Source: Laetmonice hystrix
Taxonomy: Eukaryota
Length of the DNA stretch: 64,000 bases
Direction: 5' to 3'
Assembly (NCBI GenBank): GCA_965235115.1
Contig: OZ249436.1
Location: forward strand, 36,706,001-36,770,000
The notes under the pieces are model-generated. The model was not told where the DNA came from and searched no databases. It saw nothing but the letters and a program-made list of their open reading frames with translations. The position numbers were made by a program, and so were the translations under genes. Within the stretch, counting starts at the first letter, position 1, and every line of letters begins with the position of its first letter. This document shows, piece after piece, positions 11,901-24,527 of the stretch.

Positions 11901-14900
11901 TTTTTCCTGAATGTGGTAAGGATATTGCATTGAGGCGGTAGATATCGTCCAAATTTGGTAGGCTACCGCATAAATAATAAATCGGTAGGGTTGGCAGGTA
12001 TGTGTGAACTTAGTAAAAGACTTATTACTTACACATGGATATGGATTTCTTTATTCAATAAGCATAGCGATATACTGAGAAGCATGCAGGGGGAGACATT
12101 TATTATTAAACAAATTTTGATGTGCAAATATCCAAGATTGAGTTGCATTTTTTCAGTACTGGATAATGTAAGCCCTCAGTTACGTTTCATTTGCAAATTA
12201 TGAAATTATTTATTGAATTCATTGCAGGAGATCCTCCAAAATCAAATCAAGATACATTAATATTAAATGGTGTTAATGTACCATTAGATCAACACAGCAC
12301 AACTCCAGGAGAAAACATCACACAACCACAGGAAGTTGGAAAGGACGACAGGCCAGTTTCCACTAGTTCCACTTTCCTTGCGGACAGAGGATGTCAGTCA
12401 ACATTACTAGGTTCGTCCCAGCAAAGCAACCATCCAAGGATAGCCCAAACAAGAGCTGAGGGACATTCAACAGTGGCAACATTCACAAGGGTCCGATATG
12501 TCCTTTCGTTTTTATTAGGAGTCATCGTTCGTATTAGCATGCTGTTTCCTTTTGGACAACAATTTGTACAGGTATGTTATCATAGTAAATCTGGTTGGTA
12601 CAAAGTAAGAAGTGACATTTAGAAACTGTGATACATAATGAAATAGTCACTAGGGGATAATTCTTGGTGCTTGTTTTTCATGGTTGTCAAAAAATAATAT
12701 GAGATGAAAGCTGCTGTGCTATTTTTGTTAGGATACCTCATCTAGTACATGTGTGATTGGAGGACAGTACATAGGTTACACAAAAGAGAAGTGTTTGGTG
12801 GCATGCCAATGATGCCATTGATACTGTTCTTTCATAATGTCCTCGATGATTAAATTTATTTCCTATTTTCTTCCAGTCGATTGTGAACCCATATATTGCT
12901 TTTGAGATTGCTATGTTTGGATATCAACAAGCAGTTGGAATGGTAAGTATTTCACCAAACAAAGTGTGTATTTAAGTTTGACATTTTAAAGGGCTGAACC
13001 CCTGAAGCAGAATGCCTTTGTGGTGTCCATTTTTAATTGAAAGGTAACAATATTTTTTTAGTTTAATTGATGGTAATCGGGGACAGTAAGGCATTAAAGA
13101 TGTACCGTCAACTGTCATTTAGAAGGCATCTCATGATATGTACTGAATGTAATACGATAGAGGAATAAAATTCGTTAATTGCGTTTTATTATGTCCACCC
13201 GTTAATTAGAACGGCCCATAGCAACGGCCCTAGAAACGAAATGCCATCAAAACCCGCACCAGATAATGACGTCAAATCGAGAACGGTCTTTGTGACGTTT
13301 TGGGATTCCCCTGTGTGTGCCACTGCTCGAGGTGTTACGTAGCCTGTGATCTAGAGTGATAGGGCCTATTCATTTTATAAAATACATTTTAAGTTAGAAA
13401 AATGTCCCGACGGTGTGTAGCTATGTTCTGTGACCACCAGGACAACAAATTATTTGAGTTTCCTTGGAGTAATCAGCACTCAGCAGCATCCGAAAAATAT
13501 TTGTCAAGGCCAGAGAGCGCCACCGCCCACAACTTGGCACAAGCCTGTTGTACGTTGTGCTGCCGATTCCTGTTGTACGTACGTTGTGCTGCCGATTGTT
13601 CCGACAACTGGGCAAAATACAAGTTGGGTTTAGCCTAATCTTTATAGGTTTGTAGGAGGGGCGGACCCAAAGTCAAGACAAACTCACCATGGCAGCCTGA
13701 CTGTAGCTCATGCCTGACTGTAACGGCAGTGTAGCTGCGAGGGTGACGGTAGGAAGCCGCGAACAGCCGCAAACAAAGCAATGACTGCCGCTCAAGCTAC
13801 CTGAGACTGAGTGACAGTCAGGATCCGCCACCGTTTACCTTGGCTATATAGTATAGGCCTAGGCCTAGATCTAGTTGTCACGAAAAGCCTAGATCTCGTC
13901 TATGGGCCATGGATGTCAATTAAATCTCGATTTACATCAATTTCGCCCAAGTTTGGCATTAGTTAGTGGTCTGTTTCCACCCTGCCATTCCCGTTTCACT
14001 CAGACTCAGTGTGTGTGTGGCCACGGATCGGTCGGTGTTTGTAAACAAAGCATGGAAACGCATCGTCATCGGCGATGATTTCATGCCGACTGGTGACAAT
14101 TCTTAAACTTGTTATCTGATCGAAAGAGCAATCAGAATTTGTGTAATTTCCGCTATTTGGTGGACAGGCCCCGTCAGCAACTGCATGCAGTTGACAGACT
14201 AGTCCGGCCATGCCCCCTCCCCCTCCCCCGTCAGCCAGTGACACTGCCCCATCCACCGGCCTCGATCAGGTTCGAACCGTGATGTACGGCCCAAACTGCA
14301 GTGGTTCTGCCTGTTGTTGGTGATAATCTTTACTGACTTCAGTCTTATCCTGCTACTCTGGTACGGTAGCACAAAATCTTCAAAGTTAGACAAGGACCTA
14401 AACGAGGAGGAGGAGTGCACTGTCCTCACTCGTGTTTTCCACTGTGGCCGCCATTTTCCTCTCGGCAAGTGTTCTCGATTTGACGTCAAAACCTCATTAA
14501 CATAATTCGCGCGCAATTTGAACCTTTCTGTGTCCATTTTGCAAAAAAAGGCTATAAAGTGCTTGTGGAAATTTTTTCCCCCCGTGAGCAGCCTGGAATG
14601 TATTATGTGCATTAAATAAGACATGTGTATGCCACTATTCCACATTTTAACACATCAATGACGGTTCCTGTTTAAATATTGCAGAGTGAATTACTGATCC
14701 CCAACAATGCATGATCCCTTCACGGGGTGGGCTCAGGTCTTCATACTTTTTAAACACTAATGACAAGGCTTAGAATCAGTGCTCTAATGTGGGTACATGT
14801 GTAAAGGAATTTTCCTCAAACTGTAAGAGCTAGAGAGCACTTCGGTCAGGGTAGATTTTGTAATGATTGCAGGAACGTAGGTGATGTCCAGATATATGAG

Positions 14901-15154
14901 AATAATAGTGAATTTCTTTGCATTGTACATTCTTGTGTCAGTTTTTTTATATACATTTATTTTTGTAACAGGATGTTGGAGCAAGTGTTCAGGGCGGACT
15001 ATGGCTCTCTACTCTTCTACTGACTGGAATCAAGCAGGATGTCATTGAGTCTTACAAGTACATTATGGGCCTTCTGACTGCTGCAGCAGACGACTTCACA
15101 TTGTTCTTTTTCGCTTTCGTAGCTGTTCATCTCGTTTGTTTGGTTTTCGTATGA
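8939..15154 (+). CDS. CAMLG: Guided entry of tail-anchored proteins factor CAML (GET2), spliced
   Basis: Exons 8939-9068 (in-frame ATG also at 8918), 12228-12571, 12877-12942, 14972-15154. N-terminal RREQRRRRILMNPEERMNRLTG motif and C-terminal hydrophobic segments (SIVNPYIAFEIA; LLLTGIKQDVI...DDFTLFFFAFVAVH). Confidence 0.88.
9292..9467. mobile_element. hAT5-like MITE
   Basis: TIR CAGGGGCGTAGACAAG...CTTGTCTACGCCCCTG, 5-bp TSD AGTTA. Sits at the 3' tail of the LINE. Confidence 0.85.
9470..10955 (-). mobile_element. 5'-truncated CR1-clade LINE; ORF2 reverse transcriptase with frameshifts
   Basis: Three minus-strand frames join into ITPIHKKG..NFRPISLTS, QHGFVPGRSC, YLDFKKAFDSVPH, SGIPQGSVLGPILF, FADDTK, YKSLVRPHLEY, TRGH..K, FSQRVINDWNSLP. 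At least two frameshifts (about 10565 and 9845). Short (CAGTAA)n 3' tail. Confidence 0.93.
13098..14671. mobile_element. Kolobok-like non-autonomous deletion derivative
   Basis: TTAA on both flanks, imperfect TIR AGATGTACCGTCA / TGACGGTTCCTGT, THAP-like start MSRRCVAMFC..LFEFP at 13402 (+), and a convergent decayed ORF start near 14454 (-). Confidence 0.6.
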
Positions 15155-16659
15155 AATAATTGCTTGAGTACAATCTAAGAAAGCCAAGTACTGAGGTATT
15201 CATTAGGCTTTTACAAGCAGTCAATTCATAAATAAGGTATTGGATTTTGTAATACAGTACAAGTACTGAGTACTATTAACAGTATACAAAGTTATTTTAT
15301 ATTTGTGTATATATACCAGTATATATAGGATCTGACGTTTCCATGAGCCTTAGGAATAGGAGGCAACGGTTAATGTTAGCACAAGAATGACTAGTTCCGT
15401 CTTCCAGGTGAGAATCCACCAATTCAAGTAAAAAAAATATATATAAAAAGGGTAAATCATTGAGCATTTAAAAAAAAAAATTGGCAAAATTTGCCTCAAA
15501 AATAAAGTTGCAGAATTTAAAAAAAAATATAAAATTTTTGAATCTAATTTGTGATTCGATACGGCAAAATAAACACATGAACAGAATTATAATATGTTTT
15601 CTTCAGTGAGGGGCTAGGACCAGTAGGGGTAAATCTGATCTACAGGTATTTATTGTAAATATTCCAGAAAAAAAGGAAAAGAATACATTTGTATGTTTTG
15701 GAAAAATGTGGAAGTCAGTTTAAAAAAAGAAAGAAAGCCATTCAGCCCGATGACATACTGGATAAATGTCGGTTAGATTGAAAATTGAGCTGGATTTCAT
15801 AGCAGATTGGGAAGTTTTACTTTTACTGTTGTGTGACTTCATATCCAAAAATGTACCGGTAATGTAATAATACATGTACACATTTTGAATTTGAGTGTAA
15901 ATAGCCCTTGTAAATAGTGAAACACACATTTATAGTTTCAAAAAATAAATGTAGCCTTGTTATTATATTTGGAGTTAATGTATGGAGAAAAGATCAAATT
16001 TTAGGTTCAGTGATGTTCAATCACCTCATGAGTGTTCACATGACAGGGTCTCAGTAGGACTACGAGGCCAATTTTTGGGTTGTTTTAGAACCTGAACGGT
16101 TTATAGAACATGTAAAATGTGTGCAGTGTTTGAGTGATAATACAGTATGTAACATTAAGTGCTGTGGTAGCAGTACCCCTGGGCCCGTTAGGCAGGGGTG
16201 GTAGAGTGTGGCAAGGGGTGTGGAGTGAAAGTAGGGCAGTACCTACCCGTCGGTCTTTTCTCCAGAATATGAAACTTTATGCTGGTCAAAAGATACCCCT
16301 AATCGTCATGGTGCATCTGCCCCCTTTGAAACTTGCTTCCCCCTCCACCAACAGGCAGAGTGGGTGGCCATTTATGATGGCTTGTAGTGGACAGGTGCTT
16401 TTAGCTTTCTAAACAATGTACAATGAGTGTGCCTTTGACATCTTTGGCGACTTGTACTTATTCTACTTAATTATAATTATTATTCAGGTGACGGTATTGG
16501 GGCTCTGGTTACAGGGGTGTTCACTCTCTGAGCACTTCTTATGTCTACTACATACTCTTTTTTGTAAAATACTCGTCCATCAAGGTGTTTATCCCAGTGC
16601 CTTAAATGAATCTGAAGGATTAGGGATATTCATTTTAAACAAGGGATATTCATTCTGTA

Positions 16660-16835
16660 CAGTAGTGTTGACTTTCTATCGCCCGACGCCCGGGGCTACT
16701 GAATTCTCCAGTCAGGCTACTGGATAAATGTTCAGGTTGTCATTAGTTTAGGCCTGCCTGAATACGTCGGGCTAGTGGATTCTCTACTGCCCTTAGTCTG
16801 GGCTACCAGATGCGGAAAAAAAGTCAACACCACTG
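16660..16835. mobile_element. hAT5-like MITE
   Basis: TIR CAGTAGTGTTGACTTT...AAAGTCAACACCACTG, 5-bp TSD CTGTA. Confidence 0.85.
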
Positions 16836-19800
16836 CTGTAAGTCTTTTTTTTCACTTAAATTTTAAGATTTGCTCAGAAGTTGTGGGTTGCTGTCGGGAC
16901 CTTTACTCTCAGTTTGCTGTAACATTACTGGTATTCTAGACTGAATACAGAATGAAAGTAGCTGAAAGTCTTGAAAAATTCTCAGGAACTTTAGGAACAG
17001 CTCATGGAAAGAAAATGGTGAACCCAAATATGTAGGCCCTATGAAAGAATCCTGCAGATAGTTTCTGCCTGGAAATTTTCTGTTTGCCACATTAAATAGG
17101 ATCTGGAATTAAAGTAAATTTACGTGAACAAAACAGTCCAGACATGATAATTTGGCGTTGCTCGCTTTAGAATTACCAAAAAAAGAAAAGATGCCTTGGG
17201 ACCGAGAACCACGAGCATGTCGATTTGGTAGGCCTACCATAGTTACAGTTGGTGTAACAGCAAGATAACTGTTTCCACCACCTACCATACAATGACACCT
17301 ATCCATTTCAGCCACCTGTACTGGGTATGGTATGGGTTGGAACGGCCCAGTGGCCGAATTTACACCGCAGTTTGAACGTACTGTACCATACCGTGCACAG
17401 AAAGGAAAATGCAGGTTCAGATTTGTGAGACGACTGCAAAGATGTCAATTTGGAGTGGAACCGCACCAGCTGATGCAGGCCTACGTGACAAAAATAAATA
17501 TTTGATAGACTCGCATTGTCTTGTGGGTATGGTATGTCAGATTGGAAATACATTTGTACGTGCGTACGTGTGTCTATAGTAGTATGAATTTCATTTTCTC
17601 TTATCAGTCATGGCACCAGTCAATTGGTACTGAGGAAAGAAAAAAATTGTAATACATGTAACCAGGTCTTTTACACGATTGTATTTGCACTTTGCATAAC
17701 CGATAATTTTTGCAAGTTTTCTTATAATCCAAATCTAAAAATCTTATCAGTAGGGCGCCGAAGTCTCGTGACACAGTTACGGATTTTCTGGATAGGAGGT
17801 ACAAATGGAGCGTCAATGTTGACACACAATTGTTGCGTCACAAATTTCCCCATTGGTTTAACATAGGATGAAGAGACATCGTTCCAAAGATCGGCCTAGT
17901 CTTGAAGATTTTTGTGTTGTTTTGTATAAAAGTTATATATTCAAGCATAAAACAGGTTGATACAAATATCTGGGAAGGTTTCATTACAAAGGGCAGGATA
18001 ATTAAAGAGAAATCACGAGTTGAAGTTGGCAGTCGCCGTCCCCTATGGCCAGCGCAATGCTAAACAAGCGTGAGCGATAATGACGTGTCAACAAAATCGA
18101 CTTTTATCGCGTTGTAACGCAACATCTCGTGACCTACTTCGGCTCCCTATTGGACGGTTGAATTTGTAGCGAGTGGGCATTTTCAAGTGTAGAAAAATGA
18201 AACCCCTCAAATGTATATCACGGTCCATGTAGTCTTCGTGCCCATACCTCACTGGGGGAACAACTATGTCCATCTTGGGAACGAAGGGCATTCTTAATTG
18301 AAATTTAGTGAAACTACTGGGGCCTCCAGTATATTAAAAAGGGTGGAATACTAGGCTCTGGTTTCTGAGAGCTTTCCACGCTGAATAATCTTTTGTCGAC
18401 TTCATTGGTATGGTACTATCTTGCAGTATTTATTATAATTCTAGGGTACCCTCATATGAATCCTTACAAGTACAGGAAAGTAGACATATCTATTTTTTGT
18501 AGGAATTATAGTGATTGCAAAAATCAAAAAAAAGTTCTGTGTGATATTTCCGACTTTTAAAAACAGTCATGCCGAGTCATGGACTCACAGTAAAATAAAA
18601 TGGTTCTAAGCTTACGACTTGAGATTTACCTTCTTCATCGAGCATGCTCGTATGATAACCCTGTTGTAGAAGGTATGGGATAGAGAGTTTAGTGAGAAAT
18701 TCTCCCACTATATACAAGGCGAGACTTGCATGTAGTCTGTAGGTTTCATTATAGAGCTAGTCCGTTTATTCTGAAGCACTTCCATGGTCATTTACACGAC
18801 ACACGCCTGAGCATATTCATGGATGAATAGTCCACATACTACCTCATAAATATATACAAATATTTCAGTATTTTCTCACTCTCTTTTAACATATAAACGT
18901 ACTTGTACACCGCATACCAACAGTAAGAAATCCATGTCCAGTTTTATAGCATCACAAGTATCATGTACAAGACTTCTCTTTTCAGACTGAATTTTTTCAA
19001 TACTGTTTGCTTTGCATCCCCACTCGGCGACTTTTATCTACAACATACTTCACAATTTAGAAAATCAGGGGTGGGTAATGGGCGCTTATACGGTAAACCA
19101 ATTCTATAACTCTAGAAAAGCGGTTTACATTATTAGTATCTACTTAAAACATCATAACCAGACTTTTGCCTGCTAAATAGCTCCCTGCAGCTAGCATCTA
19201 GCAAGTCATCTCAGAAAAACTAAAATTAAAGTGCCTAGAAATTATCTGACTTAATGCAACCCAATACTTCTTTTTTTTAAAGCACCTTTTCCAGATTTCT
19301 TATCTGCAACTTTAATTTCCATTTTGAGATAGTTAAAAGTAGTTATTTAAAAAAAAATAACCTGTATAGTTTCCCAAAATTTATTATTATTATTGATTTA
19401 TTATATTTACACGTAACTAAATACGACATACACACTACAATGTCAATAGAACGCCTCTGCGTGCACAAACTTTAACCATTTATCTTCTAGAATTTCTTTC
19501 ACAAACCCGTCGGGCTGCCTACAACATGATCGTTTAGGGCCAGTTACCTTTGCAATATCAGAAGTGCCAGATGTAATGCCATAATGGATTTTTGCATTAT
19601 TGCAGAGAATTTATAAATGTCACTTTAGGTAATTTTAGTTGCGATTGCCGTATAGAGCCTCAGCCTCGATTATGCCAAATGCTTTGGGTAAAGCCTCGAA
19701 ATGCTAATTTTCAACTCTATTTGCATTTATAAAAAAGAAAAAGCAGGCACAGAGAAGTTAATGCTTCTACATTTCTGCAACTTGAAACAAAGTGGCAATT

Positions 19801-20070
19801 CATTACTGGCCCACAGTATCGTGAATAACCCAAACAAACCCACTGCTCTGGTTGCATTTCACTAATAGCTAACTTACTGAGCAGCTGATTTCTATTACCA
19901 GTACGAGGCGCTTCTAAATCATAAACATTGAAAACAGTTATAATATGGTTTGGCATATCTGCTAATGTACTTATTTTCATTGCCTGCAGCAGTAAACCAG
20001 CATAAGTCGTCAAAAGATTCAAGTATTTCTCTGCGTGCTGAAGGGAATACGCTTTGACACCAAAAAAAAT

Positions 20071-23000
20071 TTACTCTTCTCGCATCCATGTAACGTCCTC
20101 TGTTTTCTCCTCAGTGCTTTTGGATTTTTTCTTAGGATCAGCCTCGTCTTTTGTTGAAGGTCTTTTAGCTTTCGCTACGCTTTTCTTGACCACCACTTTC
20201 TTCTTAGTGACTGTTTTCTTTGAGACCGTTTTCTTCTTTGCAACCTTTTTCGTCTTTGCAACCTTTTTCTTCTTTGCCACGACCTTCTTCTTTTTTAATG
20301 CCCTTTTCTTCCTTGGTGGCTTAGGGAGTCGAAACTTCCTAACTACATCTAAATTGCCTTCAGCAATCATTCTGTCTTCCCATTCATTCAGTTTTGTCAG
20401 AAAATCTGTTCTGTTTGCCTCAGCTTGATCAGCAAATTTCTGAAAGTTAAAGAACAATGACTTGTGATTAGAAAATCAGGTTACATGAAAATGTGCACAG
20501 GCCCAGTAGTATGGACCTTCGGAAAGAACCGAGAATCAGGCCACTGGTCAACGGGTATGGTATGCAATAGCAGACTCCCTTCAGGTCTCAAAGCTGTCCA
20601 GGTTTGTTTCTTATGTTAGCCATGGGTAGTCTGTGTATCCATAGCGACTCCATAGTTTCTGGACATCATGATTAGTTAATGCATCAAAGGCTGAATCAAG
20701 ATTTTCAACCAAATTGTTTATCATTTAAGTTTTGAAAAAGAAAGGAGAAAAGAGTGCTTACTAGGCAGTGCACCAGTCTTTGCTCAGCAGATAAACAATT
20801 AACCGGTAGTTTTTCTTTTAAAAAATAATGATGACTACAAACTTGAATACCTGTTGTTCACATTTGAATCTGATTCAACAACAGACCCATACTCTGCATT
20901 CAACTCATTAACGAAATAGCTTATTTATCCTTTTTAATATACCTTTTTGTCATCCTCTGCCATCCTCTGCCACAATTCTGCCAAACCCTTCATGTACATC
21001 TGAAAAATATGTCAGAACAAAGAACTATACTTCAAACATAATTAGATTTGGCCACATTTTGACTTTCTTCTGTACAGCTTTCAATTATACAGATATCTTA
21101 TTTTTAATCATATGAGCACCAGTCATAATTATAAAACATTTATGGTCTGTCAATGTCACTGGTTAAACAATGTTTCTACTTCTTTCTGGCAGCATATTAC
21201 CAGAGAATGATAAACTTTGCTCAAAGAGGACCTACCGTTACTGGAGCATCTCCCCTTTCAACTGGCTTGGACTTGACAAACAAGGCGAAAGCACTACGAG
21301 CTTGCATCACTGGCTTGTTTAGCTCTTTGTTGCGCTGAAGTGAAATAGTGTGAATGAGGATTTGAAACCAAACTAGTAAATTATAACTTGTAAATTATAT
21401 CTTAATTCATCCACGTACTTTTCTAATGTATTTATCAAGAAGAACGATATGAATTCGAGTATGTGGTTCAGAACTAAGTTTATATTTACAATTCAGTTTC
21501 ATCATGTGCCATCTAATTAAACTGAATACATGTATATTTCCTGACACATCAGTACCTAAAACATCTTGGTAGCTGGCTGACAGTATTGCACAAAAGCCCC
21601 AGCCCCACAAACATCTGCAGATAACCCTTGGTCAGCACTAGAAGGAATTTTACGGTTTGTCAATGTTAATTAAATACCTTGAGCATCCTTTGTCTGGAAA
21701 TATACTTTTGTCTCTGTTTTTTTAACATCTTCATCTCAAATTCTTGTTCTGTTGTAAGGCTACTCCTCCACTCCTTCAATTCATCCCTGTACCTCTTACG
21801 AGCAGCTGGCATACCCTCACTCGGCTCAAACTCCTGCAAAAAAATTTCATATCATAAATAATCCAAGGCAGAGTATGTGAACACCGTGGGACCGACGGCC
21901 CGAGACCCGCTAAAAACCCGTCGGTCCGACAGACCTTCCCATTTAGCAGGCCCGATTGTCCCGCACACATTTGGCTGTTATGTACCCACCTAAGTCCCAA
22001 GTAGAGACAGTATTGGCTCTAAAAATCACTTCCTTTTAGAGTAGTTGGCTCTACCAGTAGGCCTACTCCTGATACATTTATTCTATTGCACCTGGTAATG
22101 ACATCAGCATAATAAGACGTGTTATATTCATGAGCATGCGTTTTTGTGTAATTTTTGAAAAGTGACGTATTTCAGTAGGTCAGACAGAACTCTGGTAGGT
22201 CCCCCAGACTCGTTACTTCTGCAGGACCGCAGGTCCTGCAGAAATTTTGGCACTTTTACATACTCTGCCAAGGTTTTATCATAAATTAAATATCCTGTAA
22301 AGTCTCAAAAATATACTGTTAGTTTAAAATTTCCCCAAGAACCTACCTTCTTTTCAGAATCCATAAGAGACTTCCACATTTGTGCAGTTGTTCTGATTAC
22401 CTCAGTAGATTTTATGCCTGAAATATTACAAGGTTAGAATTATTAGCCCCTCAGTCATGAATGTAGATATATCTCAAAGAAGACTCGACCGTTTCTTTTG
22501 AAACTTGCCACAAGGACTGAGGATAGCGGGGCACAGTCATACACTTTAAAATTCAGATCCAAAATGCTGGCACAGCAGCCATATTTGATTTTGTTAGATC
22601 ATTTCAGGATGATTGGACTCAATAGCTGGAAAACTATACAAGATATGGCCTTAGCTTCAATTAATCATGGCTAGGAAGTCATACATGAGCTTTCATTTTG
22701 TTTTTACATTTCACTTTTGAGGAAAATATTAAAAAATTGACATCAACCAAAATAACATGGATAAAGGACTATGCATAAGTGTTGTGCATAAGTGGTTAAT
22801 ATGTACTGCAATTTACTGCATCATAAAGGGACGTAAAAAATTGACTAGGCCTACCTGGATTGCTCTGTCTGATCTCTGCCATTTTTTGTGTTGTAAAGGC
22901 AATGTATGGTTCAATGGGTTTCTTCGGTTTGGGAGGTAGGAGTCTGCTGCGATCATCAGTGCCCAGGGACCTCATTAGCAACGAGCAGCATCTGCAAAGA

Positions 23001-24527
23001 ACATAACAGGAGCATCTATATGGAATGACGACATCTAATGCAGTCACCAAGGGGTTCAGTTGGGAATGAACAGAGTTTCCACCTTATCTTTAAAACTTGC
23101 CAAAATTTAATTGAATAAAAAGAGGTTCCAAACATTCCTGGGGGTGCCCCAAATCTCCCTATTCCAGCCTTCTCAATAGGCTCTGGTGGCCAGTGGTTTT
23201 GCCGAATTATAGTCGATTCGCCCCAGGTCGGTTTCGACCCGGGTCGGTTTCGCCCCACAACCTAGTCGATTCGCCCCACCCCTAGTCGTTTCGCCCCACT
23301 CTCGAAGTCGTTTCGCCCCACACTTGGAGTCATTTCGCCCCATCGATGATCTTGAAGTTATTTTGCTTCAACCTAAGTTCTTTAACCACACTGGAGCTTT
23401 TATATAGTTAGTTGGTAGGCCTATTTACTACTAACAGTAATACTGTCTCGTCTCGATAGGGCCTTCGCCGCCACCGGGCCTCGGAGGGGAGGAGCGGGCC
23501 GGGCCGGGAAGGGTCGGGTGTCAGGGTCGGAAGCGGGGACTGGGTGGAGTGAGGCAGGCCGGTTGCCGGCGGGCGGGTGGCTGCGGCGGTTGCAGGCTCA
23601 CGATCCCGTCTAGGGCCGATACGGCCTACGCGAACCCGCCTATACAGCTCCGCCGGTAGTCAGTGGCTCGCTACCCGGCCACTTGGCTGCCGGGCCGTGG
23701 AGGTGGGGAGCCCGGTAGGGACAGCAACAGCACGAGCCGGTAGTTAGCAGCTCGCTCCGGGCCGGACGGTCAGCAAAACGTCTTGTTTACTGGACTAGAT
23801 AGTATCAAGACTCAAGAGACAATGAAAACGTAGACTCTGATAGAATGATAGAGTCAGTTAGCATCCAGTTTGGACTGGGGCGAAACGACTTTCCGAGTGG
23901 GGCGAATCGTCTTCTACCAGTGGGGCGAATCGTCTTTCAGAGTGGGGCGAATCGGAAGTGGGGCGAATGGACTATTTACCGTTTTGCCTGCCTACTTCTC
24001 GAAAACCAGTCAACTTTTTCCAATTCAAAAATCATTTTTAGTCAAATGTGTCCAAACTAATCTATTTATTTGTGTTCTACCATCATGACATGAGCACTCG
24101 CCTAGCCCTAGGCGAGTAGGCGAATGGATCTCGCGACCCCTGCATGTTCATTGTTGTATTTAAATTTCATCTCACATTGACTTTGAGGGTGTAAATTTAA
24201 TATGTTGAGATCTCATGGTGCCCCAAATTGGGAGATATATCATGTCGCAATTCACCATTCACCATGCATTGCCATTGGCTTGCATGGCATTCAGCATTGT
24301 TGATGTTGTTGATCGGGGACGACGGTCATGACATTGACAGTGGTCACACACTGACTATGACGTTAAGCCACTCTATGTTAAGCCATGTCACTCTGTTTCA
24401 ATATGTTATTATGACTTAAGAAGAGTATAAACCAGTGTGCATATCACCTTGCATGAAATTCGGCAGGTCCTCGGAGGACTCTAAATGAACCGCAAACACT
24501 TGCAAACATCATGCTGGCTCCCGCCAT
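20071..24527 (-). CDS. TFAM: Mitochondrial transcription factor A (two HMG boxes) with Lys-rich C-terminal extension, spliced
   Basis: Exons (minus) 24527-24448, 22991-22855, 22417-22347, 21833-21678, 21334-21236, 20999-20943, 20439-20071. Presequence-like N-terminus (MAGASMMFASVCGSFRVLRG), HMG1 PKKPIEPYIAF..EVIRTTAQMWKSL, linker, HMG2 ARSAFALFV..LAELWQRM, and the TFAM-type end WEDRMIAEGNLDVVR. Confidence 0.88.
21869..22267. mobile_element. hAT6-like MITE
   Basis: TIR CAGAGTATGT...ACATACTCTG, 6-bp TSD CCAAGG. Confidence 0.8.
23203..23981. mobile_element. Non-autonomous TIR element with subterminal GTCG(A/T)TTCGCCCC repeats
   Basis: About 7 repeats at the left end, inverted GGGGCGAA repeats at the right end, GC-rich core, flanking duplication TTTTGC(C). 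Confidence 0.75.

Noticed and set aside
13402..13638. Host THAP-domain gene
   Set aside because: Only the first part of a THAP motif is present before the similarity breaks down, and it lies inside a TTAA-flanked transposon relic.
20071..20457. Stand-alone histone H1 gene
   Set aside because: No winged-helix globular domain. The segment is the spliced last exon of the HMG-box gene.
23203..23345. Regularly spaced GTCG(A/T)TTCGCCCC repeats resembling a CRISPR array
   Set aside because: Units are short with tiny spacers, are mirrored at 23875-23981 as the other end of a TIR element, and lie in a eukaryotic intron with no cas genes.
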